From assembly GCA_023140195.1 (NCBI GenBank), contig JAGLME010000004.1, positions 8,578 through 72,577 on the forward strand: 64,000 nt of DNA. The letters run 5' to 3'. Position numbers and translations under genes: made by a program. Positions 38,680 to 48,109 of the stretch are shown here, piece after piece (position 1 is the stretch's first letter; every line of letters starts with the position of its first letter). Under the pieces are notes generated by a model. That model ran no database searches, was not told the DNA's origin, and saw only the letters and a list, made by a program, of their open reading frames with translations. Origin of the DNA: Thermoplasmata archaeon (GTDB lineage: Archaea > Thermoplasmatota > Thermoplasmata > RBG-16-68-12 > SOIM01).

Positions 38680-39312
38680 TTATTGGTGGAGATTCTCCCT
38701 GTGGTATCTCTGGACATCATTCCCTGAGAGGTAGATGTTCCCGTCCTCCACGGTCACGTCCAGAAACTCCATCTTCTTCAATCCCCTGATCGCCTTCTGC
38801 ACGGACGAAATGGCATGCCCGTCCTCGACAAGCATCTGCTCGAACTCCTTGCGCTCCACCTTCCCCTCCATCTTGAGGATGACCTTTCTCTCCATCTCTG
38901 TTAGCATCTCTCTTGCGGACAATCCCACTATGGTCGGGAGTTCAATGAGCTGGTCTTCACAATGATACGCTTTGACACCTTCCTGGAAGCTGGCCAGCAG
39001 AGCAGCATCGGATAATACCTTGGTCCCGCCGCTGAAATTGACGATCACTTCCGCACCTGTTCTGGAGTACTTGTCAATGGCCTCCCTGACCTTCTTCAGG
39101 CAATCCATGAAGTCAAAGACGTTGACAACAACCGTGTCCATTCCTGTGGGTCCACCCGACTCTATCTCCTGAAGGCGTTTGTAACTGTCCTTCTTGAGGG
39201 AATCCTCACCGGTCACCACGACGAGTCGGTCATAGGCCAGCATTCTCATCGCAGATTGGATCTTCGTATCGTCGAAGCCGAATGTGGTTATGAGAATGCG
39301 CGTGGGGTTCAA
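38680..39312 (-). CDS. CARF plus winged-HTH regulator (Csa3/DUF6293-like)
   Basis: ILITTFGFD, VIVNFSGGTK, LTEMERKVI..SSVQKAIRGLKKMEFL. Confidence 0.78.
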   Translation of the reverse strand: MNPTRILITTFGFDDTKIQSAMRMLAYDRLVVVTGEDSLKKDSYKRLQEIESGGPTGMDTVVVNVFDFMDCLKKVREAIDKYSRTGAEVIVNFSGGTKVLSDAALLASFQEGVKAYHCEDQLIELPTIVGLSAREMLTEMERKVILKMEGKVERKEFEQMLVEDGHAISSVQKAIRGLKKMEFLDVTVEDGNIYLSGNDVQRYHRENLHQ

Positions 39313-39316
39313 TCAA

Positions 39317-39955
39317 TCACTCCAACAGAAGGTCCACGTGAGGTGCCAAGCTTATCATCCTCACCCTCGAATCATCCTCACCCGGAGCAATCGTTATGAC
39401 GCCCTTCTTCTTGAGCTCCTTGATGTGGTGGTTCATGGTCGCCTTATGAATCCCGATTTTTTCTGCCAGATCGGTCTGCGAGATGGGTCTCTCCTTGTTC
39501 TTCCGCAGGAAGTTCAGTATCACTTTCTGTTTGCTGGTGAAGTTGGATGAGTAGTCCATCTGAAGCAAGGGAAGCCGTATCTCCTCGAATGTCTCGTCAT
39601 GAACGTACATCGTGGGAATTCCCTTCAGTATGCAGACCAGGAGAGCAGCGGAGCTGGTGAGCCTGGTGCCGCCAGCGATGTTGAAACGGATGTTCGCGTT
39701 TCCTTCGGACCGGACCTTCTCGATGTCCTCCTTCATCCTCTCGGCGATGTCGATGAGATTGAACACATTGGGCAGTTGTATTGGTTGGACCGGAAGGCCG
39801 ATCGAATTGCAGTGCTCGACGACCTTGTCTCTGGCCTTGATCGTTTCTGGATTGTCGCTGTGATAGAAATAGAGCTTCTCGATGTGCTTAGTGGACCTGA
39901 TCGAAGGTATGAGGCTCTGAGGCCTCCATCCCAGGGTTCCGAACAATATCGTCAT
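39317..39955 (-). CDS. CARF plus MarR-type winged-HTH regulator (Csa3-like)
   Basis: ILFGTLGW, IRFNIAGGTR, SQTDLAEKIGIHKATMNHHIKELKKKGVI..DSR. Confidence 0.8.
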   Translation of the reverse strand: MTILFGTLGWRPQSLIPSIRSTKHIEKLYFYHSDNPETIKARDKVVEHCNSIGLPVQPIQLPNVFNLIDIAERMKEDIEKVRSEGNANIRFNIAGGTRLTSSAALLVCILKGIPTMYVHDETFEEIRLPLLQMDYSSNFTSKQKVILNFLRKNKERPISQTDLAEKIGIHKATMNHHIKELKKKGVITIAPGEDDSRVRMISLAPHVDLLLE

Positions 39956-40006
39956 GGTCTACCTCTAACTATGATGTGCTCTCAGTCCTTTAGTCTATGT
40001 TAATAC

Positions 40007-40046
40007 TATCTGCATAATATTCAAACTATATTAGAGTTAGCAGATA
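40007..40046. promoter_or_regulatory. Imperfect inverted repeat, candidate operator in the divergent CARF-operon/HAD promoter
   Basis: TATCTGC(40007-13)...GCAGATA(40040-46) enclosing TAATAT(40015-20)/ATATTA(40028-33). Confidence 0.35.
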
Positions 40047-40073
40047 TACTCAACCGCCAATCCCTTCATGTAG

Positions 40074-40538
40074 ATGACAAACAGCCAAAGAATAGTGTTC
40101 TTTGACGCGGAGGGAACGCTGTACGTGCCCAAGAAGGGGAAGACCTTTGATGATTTCTGGGAAGGCGGCGAACACACTCTCAAGAGGGCTCTGGAGAACT
40201 TCGAATTGAACCAGGGAGTCGAGGAAACACTTGGGGAGCTGTTGAAGAAGGGACACGAACTCGTCGTTGTTTCGGTGCACAAGCCAGATCTGCTACCAGA
40301 TCTCCTGAAAGGCCTGGGGATCGGGAGATGTTTTTCCGATGTTCTGGTCAACGGGGATAAAGGGAAGCTGATGGAGGAATACCTCGATCAAAAGGAGGTT
40401 CCCAAGGAGAACGCGATGATAGTCGGGGACATCTACCACATGGACATCGAGCCAGCTGAGAAGGTTGGCATCAGAGGGCTGCTACTTCCCGGATCAGAAC
40501 TGAGAGAGTTTCGAGACATTATCCACCATATTGACTGA
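40074..40538 (+). CDS. HAD-superfamily hydrolase (capless)
   Basis: FFDAEGTLY motif I, VVSVH, K, MIVGDIYHMDI. Confidence 0.85.
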   Translation: MTNSQRIVFFDAEGTLYVPKKGKTFDDFWEGGEHTLKRALENFELNQGVEETLGELLKKGHELVVVSVHKPDLLPDLLKGLGIGRCFSDVLVNGDKGKLMEEYLDQKEVPKENAMIVGDIYHMDIEPAEKVGIRGLLLPGSELREFRDIIHHID

Positions 40539-40588
40539 TTCCATTCTGTCATGGGAACATTTTTTATGCAAGAGGGTTTCAGCGCCAT

Positions 40589-41122
40589 GTGGACCCGTTT
40601 TCCCATTACATGGTGGCGTACGCTGCAGGACGCAGGGCGGACATCAGCGTCAACAAGATGAGAGCTATCACTCTTGCCGGGGTGATACCTGACGTTGACA
40701 GCATTTCGATCGTTTTCGGAATAGAAGCGTTCAAGGACTTTCACGGCGGTCCGGTGCACTCCATCCTCGTCGGAATGATCCTGGCCCTGGTCATCGCCTT
40801 GGGTTTCTACCTGTACACGAAGGAGAACGTCCTGCTCTGGTCGATCATAGGGGTATTCTTCCATCTCCTTCTGGACATACCGAACACCCTAAACTACGAG
40901 ATGGCGCAGGATGGACTTAGGTATCTCTGGCCCTTCTCAGACTACAGGATAGCACTGCAGAACGTGGTCCCGAGCCCGGAGGCATGGCATCTGTTGATCA
41001 TAACAACCATCTTCGGCCTCTCAATGGTGTACTTCGTGATACTGGCTAGAAAGGACGCCTACCCTTGGAGAATCTGGTTTGATGAGAAGAAGCTATTCGG
41101 GAAGAAAGAGGACACTGCCTAG
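40589..41122 (+). CDS. Membrane-bound metal-dependent hydrolase (YdjM-like)
   Basis: MDPFSH, IPDVD, HGGPVHS, HLLLD, LWPFS. Confidence 0.85.
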   Translation: MDPFSHYMVAYAAGRRADISVNKMRAITLAGVIPDVDSISIVFGIEAFKDFHGGPVHSILVGMILALVIALGFYLYTKENVLLWSIIGVFFHLLLDIPNTLNYEMAQDGLRYLWPFSDYRIALQNVVPSPEAWHLLIITTIFGLSMVYFVILARKDAYPWRIWFDEKKLFGKKEDTA

Positions 41123-42066
41123 AACTCGTCCAGTCCCAGCAGGCAGAATTTGCCATCTTTGAGTCCGTACATCCTTGAGATCTCCTTGTAAGCAAGACTC
41201 TTCTTGAGGGGGGCCACCATGACCTTCTCCCAGCTGTGTTCATCGGTCATATATCCCCTGGATCCGACATAATCGATCTGCTTCCTCCCTCCCAAGGGAA
41301 GGACGGTGATGTAATCTCCTTTATCTCCGCATTCAATCTCACGGAACATTCGGTCCATGTTCTTCTTTGCAGTGACTACCATTTCCTGGACGAAGATGTC
41401 GGCACCTAACTGTCTCTTCACGATGTAGCCGCCAACACCATCTTTCGTTTCAACGATATAGATCATGGCCTTCAACGAATCCGAAATCTTCAACCTCCAG
41501 TCGAAGTAGTTCTTCTGTCTCAGAACATGACCGTAGAGGTCCCTGGAGAACCGTTCGAAGACCTTATCGAGATCGCGGACATCCTTCTTCCTGAATTTCC
41601 TTAGGATGCTCTCCTTGGGCTTCTTCCTCCTTATCAGAGGCTTGGTACACCTCGGGACGTCGACAGCATCTCGGTAGCCTAATTTCACGTACAATGGATA
41701 TGCAACGAATGACGATCGGGTCAGCAGGAACGACAACCTCATCCCTTCATCGGCGGAGCGATCGTGAAGCTCCTTCATGAGTATTGTCGAGAAACCTCTC
41801 CTCTTGTGTGATGGATGGCTGGCGACTCCGGCAACGCCCAAGGATAGTTCTTCTCCGTCAGTTGTCTTTGTTGGAATTCGCAGGCCCACGACCTGGGACA
41901 CGATCTTCCCCTTATCGACCGCGTAGAGGAGCGAATCCGAGGACCATCTATCGTCATACTTGATCAAGTCCTCGACCCTTGATGGGGTCAGCGGCCACCA
42001 CAACGCGTTGATGTTCAGCATGAACGCTTCCTGGGGGTCGATCTCATCGTAGTGGAGGATCTTCAT
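41119..42066 (-). CDS. GNAT acetyltransferase (Eis-like double GNAT)
   Basis: VAGVASHPSHKRRGFS, LYVKLGY, second GNAT-like half. Confidence 0.85.
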   Translation of the reverse strand: MKILHYDEIDPQEAFMLNINALWWPLTPSRVEDLIKYDDRWSSDSLLYAVDKGKIVSQVVGLRIPTKTTDGEELSLGVAGVASHPSHKRRGFSTILMKELHDRSADEGMRLSFLLTRSSFVAYPLYVKLGYRDAVDVPRCTKPLIRRKKPKESILRKFRKKDVRDLDKVFERFSRDLYGHVLRQKNYFDWRLKISDSLKAMIYIVETKDGVGGYIVKRQLGADIFVQEMVVTAKKNMDRMFREIECGDKGDYITVLPLGGRKQIDYVGSRGYMTDEHSWEKVMVAPLKKSLAYKEISRMYGLKDGKFCLLGLDEF

Positions 42067-42144
42067 TGGAAATCCTCCAGAACCTGAATCTACTTAACAT
42101 TGGCGGTAATCCAGCCTTCTGAAAAGGGGAAAGCGAAGTGTCGC

Positions 42145-42981
42145 CTATCTCTCGGAGAATATCGCCTTGATCTCGCCCATCTTCACTTCCGGATTCTCCG
42201 ATGGATTGAGATCGCCCAGGAGCTCTTTCTCGTAGGTGGGTGCCTTGGTCTGATAGAAGATCCCCAGCGGCATCTTGTCCTCCTCACGGCTCCGTTTCCA
42301 GGCAGCATCGAAATCGCTTGGGTCGTGGTCCTCCATGATGTACGCCAACTCGTTCCACTCTTTGAAGGTGTTCAGGAAGGTGACGCATGGCTGCATCACC
42401 TGGACGAATGAAAAACCCTCATGCTTGATAGCTGCCTTGAAGATTTCCTGCAGGTGCTTTATCTTCCCGACATAAGCTCTTGCTACGAAGGTTGCTCCAG
42501 AGGCCAATGCCAGCGCGATGGGGTTCATCGGTTCCTCCACGTTGCCCATTGGGGTGCTCTTGCCCTTGAATCCCTTTGCACTAGTGGGCGTGAACTGGCC
42601 TGTTGTGAGCGAATAGACCCGGTTGTCATGTACGATGAGTGTGACGTCGATGTTCCTCTTTGCGCCATGAACGATGTGTGCGATGCCCTCGGCCAGAGCA
42701 TCTCCGTCTCCTTGGAATGAGACCACCTTTAAATCGGGGTTTCCCAGTTTTATGCCAGAGATCGTTGTGAGCGCCCTTCCGTGTAGAGAGTAAAAGCTGT
42801 TCAGGTTAAGGTAATCCATGATCTTAGCGTGGCATCCGATGCCTGCGGAGATAACGATGTTCTCCTTCTTCACATAGCCTTCCTCAACGAGTGCAGTGAC
42901 GGATCTCTTGAATGCGTTCTGCAGTCCCATGTCCCCGCATCCGGGGCACCAGGTGTTCTCGGCATATGTTCCAAGCTCCAC
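42145..42981 (-). CDS. 2-oxoacid:ferredoxin oxidoreductase beta subunit
   Basis: WCPGCG, GIGCH, LHGR, GDGD, DNRVYSLTTGQ, QPCVT. Confidence 0.95.
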   Translation of the reverse strand: MELGTYAENTWCPGCGDMGLQNAFKRSVTALVEEGYVKKENIVISAGIGCHAKIMDYLNLNSFYSLHGRALTTISGIKLGNPDLKVVSFQGDGDALAEGIAHIVHGAKRNIDVTLIVHDNRVYSLTTGQFTPTSAKGFKGKSTPMGNVEEPMNPIALALASGATFVARAYVGKIKHLQEIFKAAIKHEGFSFVQVMQPCVTFLNTFKEWNELAYIMEDHDPSDFDAAWKRSREEDKMPLGIFYQTKAPTYEKELLGDLNPSENPEVKMGEIKAIFSER

Positions 42982-44646
42982 TCAGATCACCTCCTTTATC
43001 TGCTTGGCCAGATCAAGCGGGTCGAAAGGCCTGCCGTCATACTTCCTCACAGAACCATCTGCTTTGATGCCGTTCTGCTTCAGAAGCGTGGTGAACTGTC
43101 CGTCGATGCTGAGCTCTATCGTCACGATCTTCTCGGCGCCCTGAAGCGCCTCTTCAACGGCCCATATCGGGAAGGGTTCCAGGTAGATGACTTGCACAAT
43201 CCTGACGTCGTCCAGATACTTCGCCGCCTCCCGTACTGAGCATGTGGTGGACCCGTATGTCACCAACGCGATCTTTCCATCTCCCTCGGTTTCGACCGTC
43301 TTGATCTGTCTCAGACCGTCTTCGATTGCCTTCCGCTTCCTGGCTCTCTTCTCCATCATCGCAACTATGGCTTGCGGGTCCTCGGTCGTGATCCCGTTCT
43401 CATCGTGCTCGTAGCTGGTGGCCTTGATGACTGCATTCTCCACGGGAGGGAACAGCATCGGGGACATTCCCGATTCGGTGATCTTGTACCTTCCATAGTC
43501 CTCGGGATTGCCGTCATACATCAGGAGTTCCTCTGTCTTGATGGAATCGAAGTCGAACCTTGTGGTCATGGTGCTCTCGGCCAGATGTTTCTCGGTCAGC
43601 AGTATGCCTGGTATCTGATATCTCCAGAGCAGGTTCATGAGCTCTGCAGTGGTGGTAAAGGCCTGGTCGTTGTCGGCCGGCGACATGACGATCCTGGAGA
43701 ACTCCCCATGGCCCTGGTACAGTGCGAAGTTCAGATCCCCTTGGGAAGTGTAAGTTGGAACGCCTGTGGACGGTCCGGGTCTGGTCCCGAGATAGCATAG
43801 AAGAGGAGTCTCTGACTGTCCAGCAAGGCTGAACGCCTCCTGCATCAAGGCAAACCCTCCGCCGCTTGAACCAATCATAGTCTTTACACCTGTATAGGCA
43901 CAGCCGATCGCCATGTTGATTGCGGCAATCTCGCTCTCCGGGTGAGAAACCACGATACCCAACCTTTTTGCCTGCGCGGCGAGATAATGAAGAACGGATG
44001 ACATGGGAGTCATTGGATAGGCGATATAACACTTCATGCCGCCCGCAACGGCGCCCAGAGAGATGGCTTCATTGCCGGTCATGACAGCCCCGAGCTTCCC
44101 ATCGCCGGTCTCGATCTGGTACTTGCCAATATGTTCGGAAACGGCATCATACGTCTTCTTGGCCAGGCGAACGTTAGGGTCGGCGTACTTGGGATACGCT
44201 TCCCTGATGGATTCTTCGAGAACGGCGAAGTCCACACCGCCAAGAGCGCACGCAGATGCGACGCCGATTGTACCAGCCAAGACAGGATTGTTGCCTTCTT
44301 CTTTGATCCATGAATACACCGGAATGGGTATCCCCTCTGCACCTTCGACCGCATCAGAGTTGTATACGAGGGTTCCATCATCCCGCACCTTGTCCTTCTG
44401 GATCTCATATGCACAATCGTCCAAACAGGCGAAAACGTGGACTTGTTCGTAGTGACTGAAAACGGGTTTGATACTGGATGCGATTAGGGAGGCGTTGTGT
44501 CCGCCCCGTATCAAAGAAGGATAATCATCCATCTCGAAAACGTGCCTTCCGACCTTGTTCATGATCCGCGAGAACAGTATCCCGCTCATTCGGACCCCTT
44601 GTCCCGCTTCTCCCCCAATGAGGACGGAGTAAATGTTATCTTTCAT
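42982..44646 (-). CDS. 2-oxoacid:ferredoxin oxidoreductase alpha subunit (gamma-fused)
   Basis: GGEAGQG, SLIRGGHN, GNEA, YPMTP, ESEIAA, SSGGGF, RPGPSTGVPT. Confidence 0.95.
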   Translation of the reverse strand: MKDNIYSVLIGGEAGQGVRMSGILFSRIMNKVGRHVFEMDDYPSLIRGGHNASLIASSIKPVFSHYEQVHVFACLDDCAYEIQKDKVRDDGTLVYNSDAVEGAEGIPIPVYSWIKEEGNNPVLAGTIGVASACALGGVDFAVLEESIREAYPKYADPNVRLAKKTYDAVSEHIGKYQIETGDGKLGAVMTGNEAISLGAVAGGMKCYIAYPMTPMSSVLHYLAAQAKRLGIVVSHPESEIAAINMAIGCAYTGVKTMIGSSGGGFALMQEAFSLAGQSETPLLCYLGTRPGPSTGVPTYTSQGDLNFALYQGHGEFSRIVMSPADNDQAFTTTAELMNLLWRYQIPGILLTEKHLAESTMTTRFDFDSIKTEELLMYDGNPEDYGRYKITESGMSPMLFPPVENAVIKATSYEHDENGITTEDPQAIVAMMEKRARKRKAIEDGLRQIKTVETEGDGKIALVTYGSTTCSVREAAKYLDDVRIVQVIYLEPFPIWAVEEALQGAEKIVTIELSIDGQFTTLLKQNGIKADGSVRKYDGRPFDPLDLAKQIKEVI

Positions 44647-44776
44647 ACGAAATTCTCCTCTATGTTGCCCCTAGATATCGTTAGGGTTTTTCCTTCTTTC
44701 GATTTGAACCAGTGTATGTCACCAAGTATTAAAGGAATTCGCAACCAAAAAGAACGGAATCGCCAAATAGCGCCAA

Positions 44777-45691
44777 CTAATCTAATCCCTTCATGAGGTG
44801 GGAAACCTCCCTGAGAGCCACCATACTCTCTTCGCTGGCTTCTTCCGAGATTATTTCGATGCATCTTGTGCATGTGCTCAGAGCCTTGTCATGCTCGCCT
44901 TTGGATCTGTAGACCTCCGCCAGAGACAGGTAGGTCCATGGGTTTTCTGGTTCCACTTCCAGAGATCTCTCGTAAAGGGCCACGGACTCGTCCAGGTTCC
45001 CGTTGCTCTCCATCATCAGACCGAACTGGTTGAGCGGTGTGTAGTTGTCGGGCTGCATCTCGGCCCATTTCTGATAGACCCACTGCTCGTGAGAAGAAAA
45101 GCCAACGGCACCGGCGAAGTAAGCGAAGTTCTCCAGGACCTCTTCGGGATCGTTCTCGGTGGATGCAAGGGCGACCGCCTTCTGGAGGTATCTCGAATCG
45201 TCTGGATGCATCAACCTGTCCCATATCATTCCCATGTAGAAGTTGCAGTACGGGTCCTCAGGATCTCGTTTGAGAAAGGCCCTACAGTATTCTGCGGCCT
45301 CATCAAATCGACCGATCATGGCCAGTGACTGGATCAAGAACAGACGCGCCTCTGCCAGTGACTCGTCCCTCTTCAATGCCCTCCGAAGTTGCTCGATCGC
45401 AGCGGCCGGCTTGCCGGTCTCCATCAGGTGTTTGGCATAGATTACCCTGAGCGTCGGTATCTCCGGATATCGCGTGATCATTCCTCTCAAGGACTCCTCA
45501 AAGTTCTCGGGATCGACCTCGGACAAAAAGTAAGACAGGCCAGTAGGACCCAGCCTCTCGAAGTAATCCCTCAATGAACTCTGGAAGACCTTGTCCCTTG
45601 CGTCTGTCTTGGACTCACCAGAATCTCCCGTCATTTCCCATCCCATCCTAAAAGGGTTATGGAATACAGGTCTATAATTCTTTCTGGGCAC
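44777..45691 (-). CDS. Tetratricopeptide-repeat protein
   Basis: Repeated TPR consensus (A..Y.R.L...P); start uncertain, possibly an ATG near 45.64 kb. Confidence 0.8.
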   Translation of the reverse strand: MPRKNYRPVFHNPFRMGWEMTGDSGESKTDARDKVFQSSLRDYFERLGPTGLSYFLSEVDPENFEESLRGMITRYPEIPTLRVIYAKHLMETGKPAAAIEQLRRALKRDESLAEARLFLIQSLAMIGRFDEAAEYCRAFLKRDPEDPYCNFYMGMIWDRLMHPDDSRYLQKAVALASTENDPEEVLENFAYFAGAVGFSSHEQWVYQKWAEMQPDNYTPLNQFGLMMESNGNLDESVALYERSLEVEPENPWTYLSLAEVYRSKGEHDKALSTCTRCIEIISEEASEESMVALREVSHLMKGLD

Positions 45692-45841
45692 TAGACATTG
45701 GAAAACAGGGACCTTTCAAAAACACGACAAATGCTCAATTCTGATGCTAAGTAGAAAAACGAACAACACTGTTTAAATACGCTCAAAGACAATTAGAATG
45801 TACCTGTGAGGGACACCTGTAGCCCGTTGGAGAGAGGCGGG

Positions 45842-47722
45842 ATGACCCACGTAAGGAAGGAAAGAGGTTCTGGAACGATACGCATCGGCATACTTCTGCC
45901 AATGGTCGCTCTGGTCGTCATGTCTTTGGCCCCTTTTCTTTCCCAAAGTGCCGAGGCACGACCTTCCATGAGCGTCGAATTGAGTGTTAGCGACGCCAAC
46001 CTGGAACCCATGGACATTTTCAAATGTACGGTCTTCTTCAACAACAACGGTCATTCGTCAGCACCTCTGGTTTGGATCAATGTCACGATTCCTGACAGTG
46101 TGATGTATCTCTCTGATGACTCTGGAATGGAAAGGGGTGTGAAGGAAGGAGATCACATCTGGAGATTCCCGAACGTTGCCGAAGGAGAGCACACCTTCGA
46201 TATCAACATGCAGGTTTCGGTCAATGTTCATGAGGGAGATGTCACCATCATTTCCCATCTCGACTACCTGGACGACCTCCATATTCCCATGCCATCCTCT
46301 GAGGCCTTTGCCACTCTGTCGATCACCGGATCAGAGTGGAATCTCGCAGACCAGGTCGCGTTCAAACCAGAAGGCACCGTAGGCATACTGAAGGACATAG
46401 GGTCCTCCAAATCCAATACCTCGGTCAACTTCGATATTCAGTCCATCGGGCATGAGACAGGTGATGAGACGGCGCCGGTAGGCGATGACAAGGAGGTGGA
46501 GAATCCTGCACCGCCCCTGCCAGTCACGGACCCTGGCACATCACTTCCAGAAGACCGTATGGAAGACCCAGGGATCGATACGGGAATCGCACTGGACCCG
46601 ATTGACCAGGCTCAGGAGTCCTCCTCAAATCACCATGATCAACGTGAACCGGCCTCTACTCAATCTGAACCGGCAGCTACCGTAGAGGAAGATGCCAGGA
46701 TTGGGAGCGAGCAGCCAGATTCGTACACTGACTACAGCGTACCTACCGAGGTCGTGCAACCAGCGGTCAGCCCAGTAACGAAGATCGAGCCGTCCGAAGT
46801 ATCATCAAAGATCGTCAGCAACAACAATGTATACGGCGCCGGGGACGTGCTTTCGTTCACGATTTACCTGAACAACACCGGTTCTCAGACCGCGAGTCAG
46901 GTCTGGGTCGAGCTCGTGATCCCTTCCTCGGTCCGGTTGGTCGATGACACTTCAGCCCTGATCGGCGGCAAGTCGCTGGGGGAACTGGTCTATGTGTTCT
47001 CCGACATCGGTCCGGGCAACCACGAGTTCTTGATCTACTTAAGCTTCGAGGGAGAAGCGGACGAGTCCACCGAGGTGGAGATCTGGGCGCATGTGTCCTA
47101 CACGGACAGCGTGGGAGGTTTTGTGGGCGAATCTTCCCATCGCGCCAAGTGTGAGATCGTCGCTCAGCCAGGGGAGTTCCCGTTGATGCAGGTGTCAATC
47201 GCCATTCTCTTCGCGGGCCTGATGACCGTGGTGGCGTACTCGACCAAGGAATGGGGAACATACTCGCTTCTCCCGTTCATCGCCCCCCTGTATTCCAGGC
47301 TGAAAAGAAGAGAGGTCATGGACCACGAGTCGAGAGGGATGATAATGGGGTACATAAAGGAGAACCCTGGCGAGCATTTCAACTCCCTCAAGTCAAAGCT
47401 GGACTTCAGGAATGGAACCCTTGCGCATCACTTACACATCTTGGAGAGAGAAAGGGTGATAAAATCGGTGAGGTACGGGAAATACCGCAGGTTCTTCCCA
47501 GTGGGAATGATGGTCTCCAGAAAGGCTTACCCGACCGAGCTGGAGAGAGAGATCCTAGACGTGGTCAAGGAAAGACCAGGCATAAACCAGAAGACCATCG
47601 CCAAGAAGGTGGGCAGGAGCAAATCAACCGTCAACTACCACATTGACATACTGAGGAGAACGAATAAGATACGCACCGAGAAGAACGGGCTGAGCCTCAG
47701 ACACTACGTAATTGAATCCTAG
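45842..47722 (+). CDS. Membrane-anchored regulator: two DUF11-like ectodomains, TM, tandem winged-HTH
   Basis: Signal peptide; two F.NN.G...A..VW domains around an acidic linker; TM; PLYSRL, NPGEHF, GTLAHHLHILER, SKSTVNYHIDIL. Confidence 0.8.
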   Translation: MTHVRKERGSGTIRIGILLPMVALVVMSLAPFLSQSAEARPSMSVELSVSDANLEPMDIFKCTVFFNNNGHSSAPLVWINVTIPDSVMYLSDDSGMERGVKEGDHIWRFPNVAEGEHTFDINMQVSVNVHEGDVTIISHLDYLDDLHIPMPSSEAFATLSITGSEWNLADQVAFKPEGTVGILKDIGSSKSNTSVNFDIQSIGHETGDETAPVGDDKEVENPAPPLPVTDPGTSLPEDRMEDPGIDTGIALDPIDQAQESSSNHHDQREPASTQSEPAATVEEDARIGSEQPDSYTDYSVPTEVVQPAVSPVTKIEPSEVSSKIVSNNNVYGAGDVLSFTIYLNNTGSQTASQVWVELVIPSSVRLVDDTSALIGGKSLGELVYVFSDIGPGNHEFLIYLSFEGEADESTEVEIWAHVSYTDSVGGFVGESSHRAKCEIVAQPGEFPLMQVSIAILFAGLMTVVAYSTKEWGTYSLLPFIAPLYSRLKRREVMDHESRGMIMGYIKENPGEHFNSLKSKLDFRNGTLAHHLHILERERVIKSVRYGKYRRFFPVGMMVSRKAYPTELEREILDVVKERPGINQKTIAKKVGRSKSTVNYHIDILRRTNKIRTEKNGLSLRHYVIES

Positions 47723-47740
47723 GACTCGAAAAACGACTCT

Positions 47741-48040
47741 CTACTCGACGTACCTGCTGGACAGGTCGAGGCATTCCCGGAGCCTGTCGTCGTCGCCCAG
47801 TTTCTTATAGAGATTCCCAAGCACCCTCCAGCCGCCTGGATATTCCGGATTCCGGGTGAGAAGCCCATACAATATCTCGACGGCCTCGTTTAGATTGCCG
47901 AGTTTGGCCAGAAGGAGACCTTTCATGAAAAGGGCGTCCACGTCGTAAGGATTGGTTGCCAACCTCATTCCGGACATTGCCGCGATCTGCTTGAGGTTCT
48001 CGTCCATCCCTTCGGAGTTGTTCCAGTCTGACCCTTTCAT
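47741..48040 (-). CDS. Small TPR protein
   Basis: NPYDVDALFMKG, NPEYPGGWRVLG. Confidence 0.7.
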   Translation of the reverse strand: MKGSDWNNSEGMDENLKQIAAMSGMRLATNPYDVDALFMKGLLLAKLGNLNEAVEILYGLLTRNPEYPGGWRVLGNLYKKLGDDDRLRECLDLSSRYVE

Positions 48041-48109
48041 CTCCTATTCAATCGATGGCTGATATAAGAATGATATCGATAAGAAAATCAAAGTCGATAA
48101 ACAGTCTGG

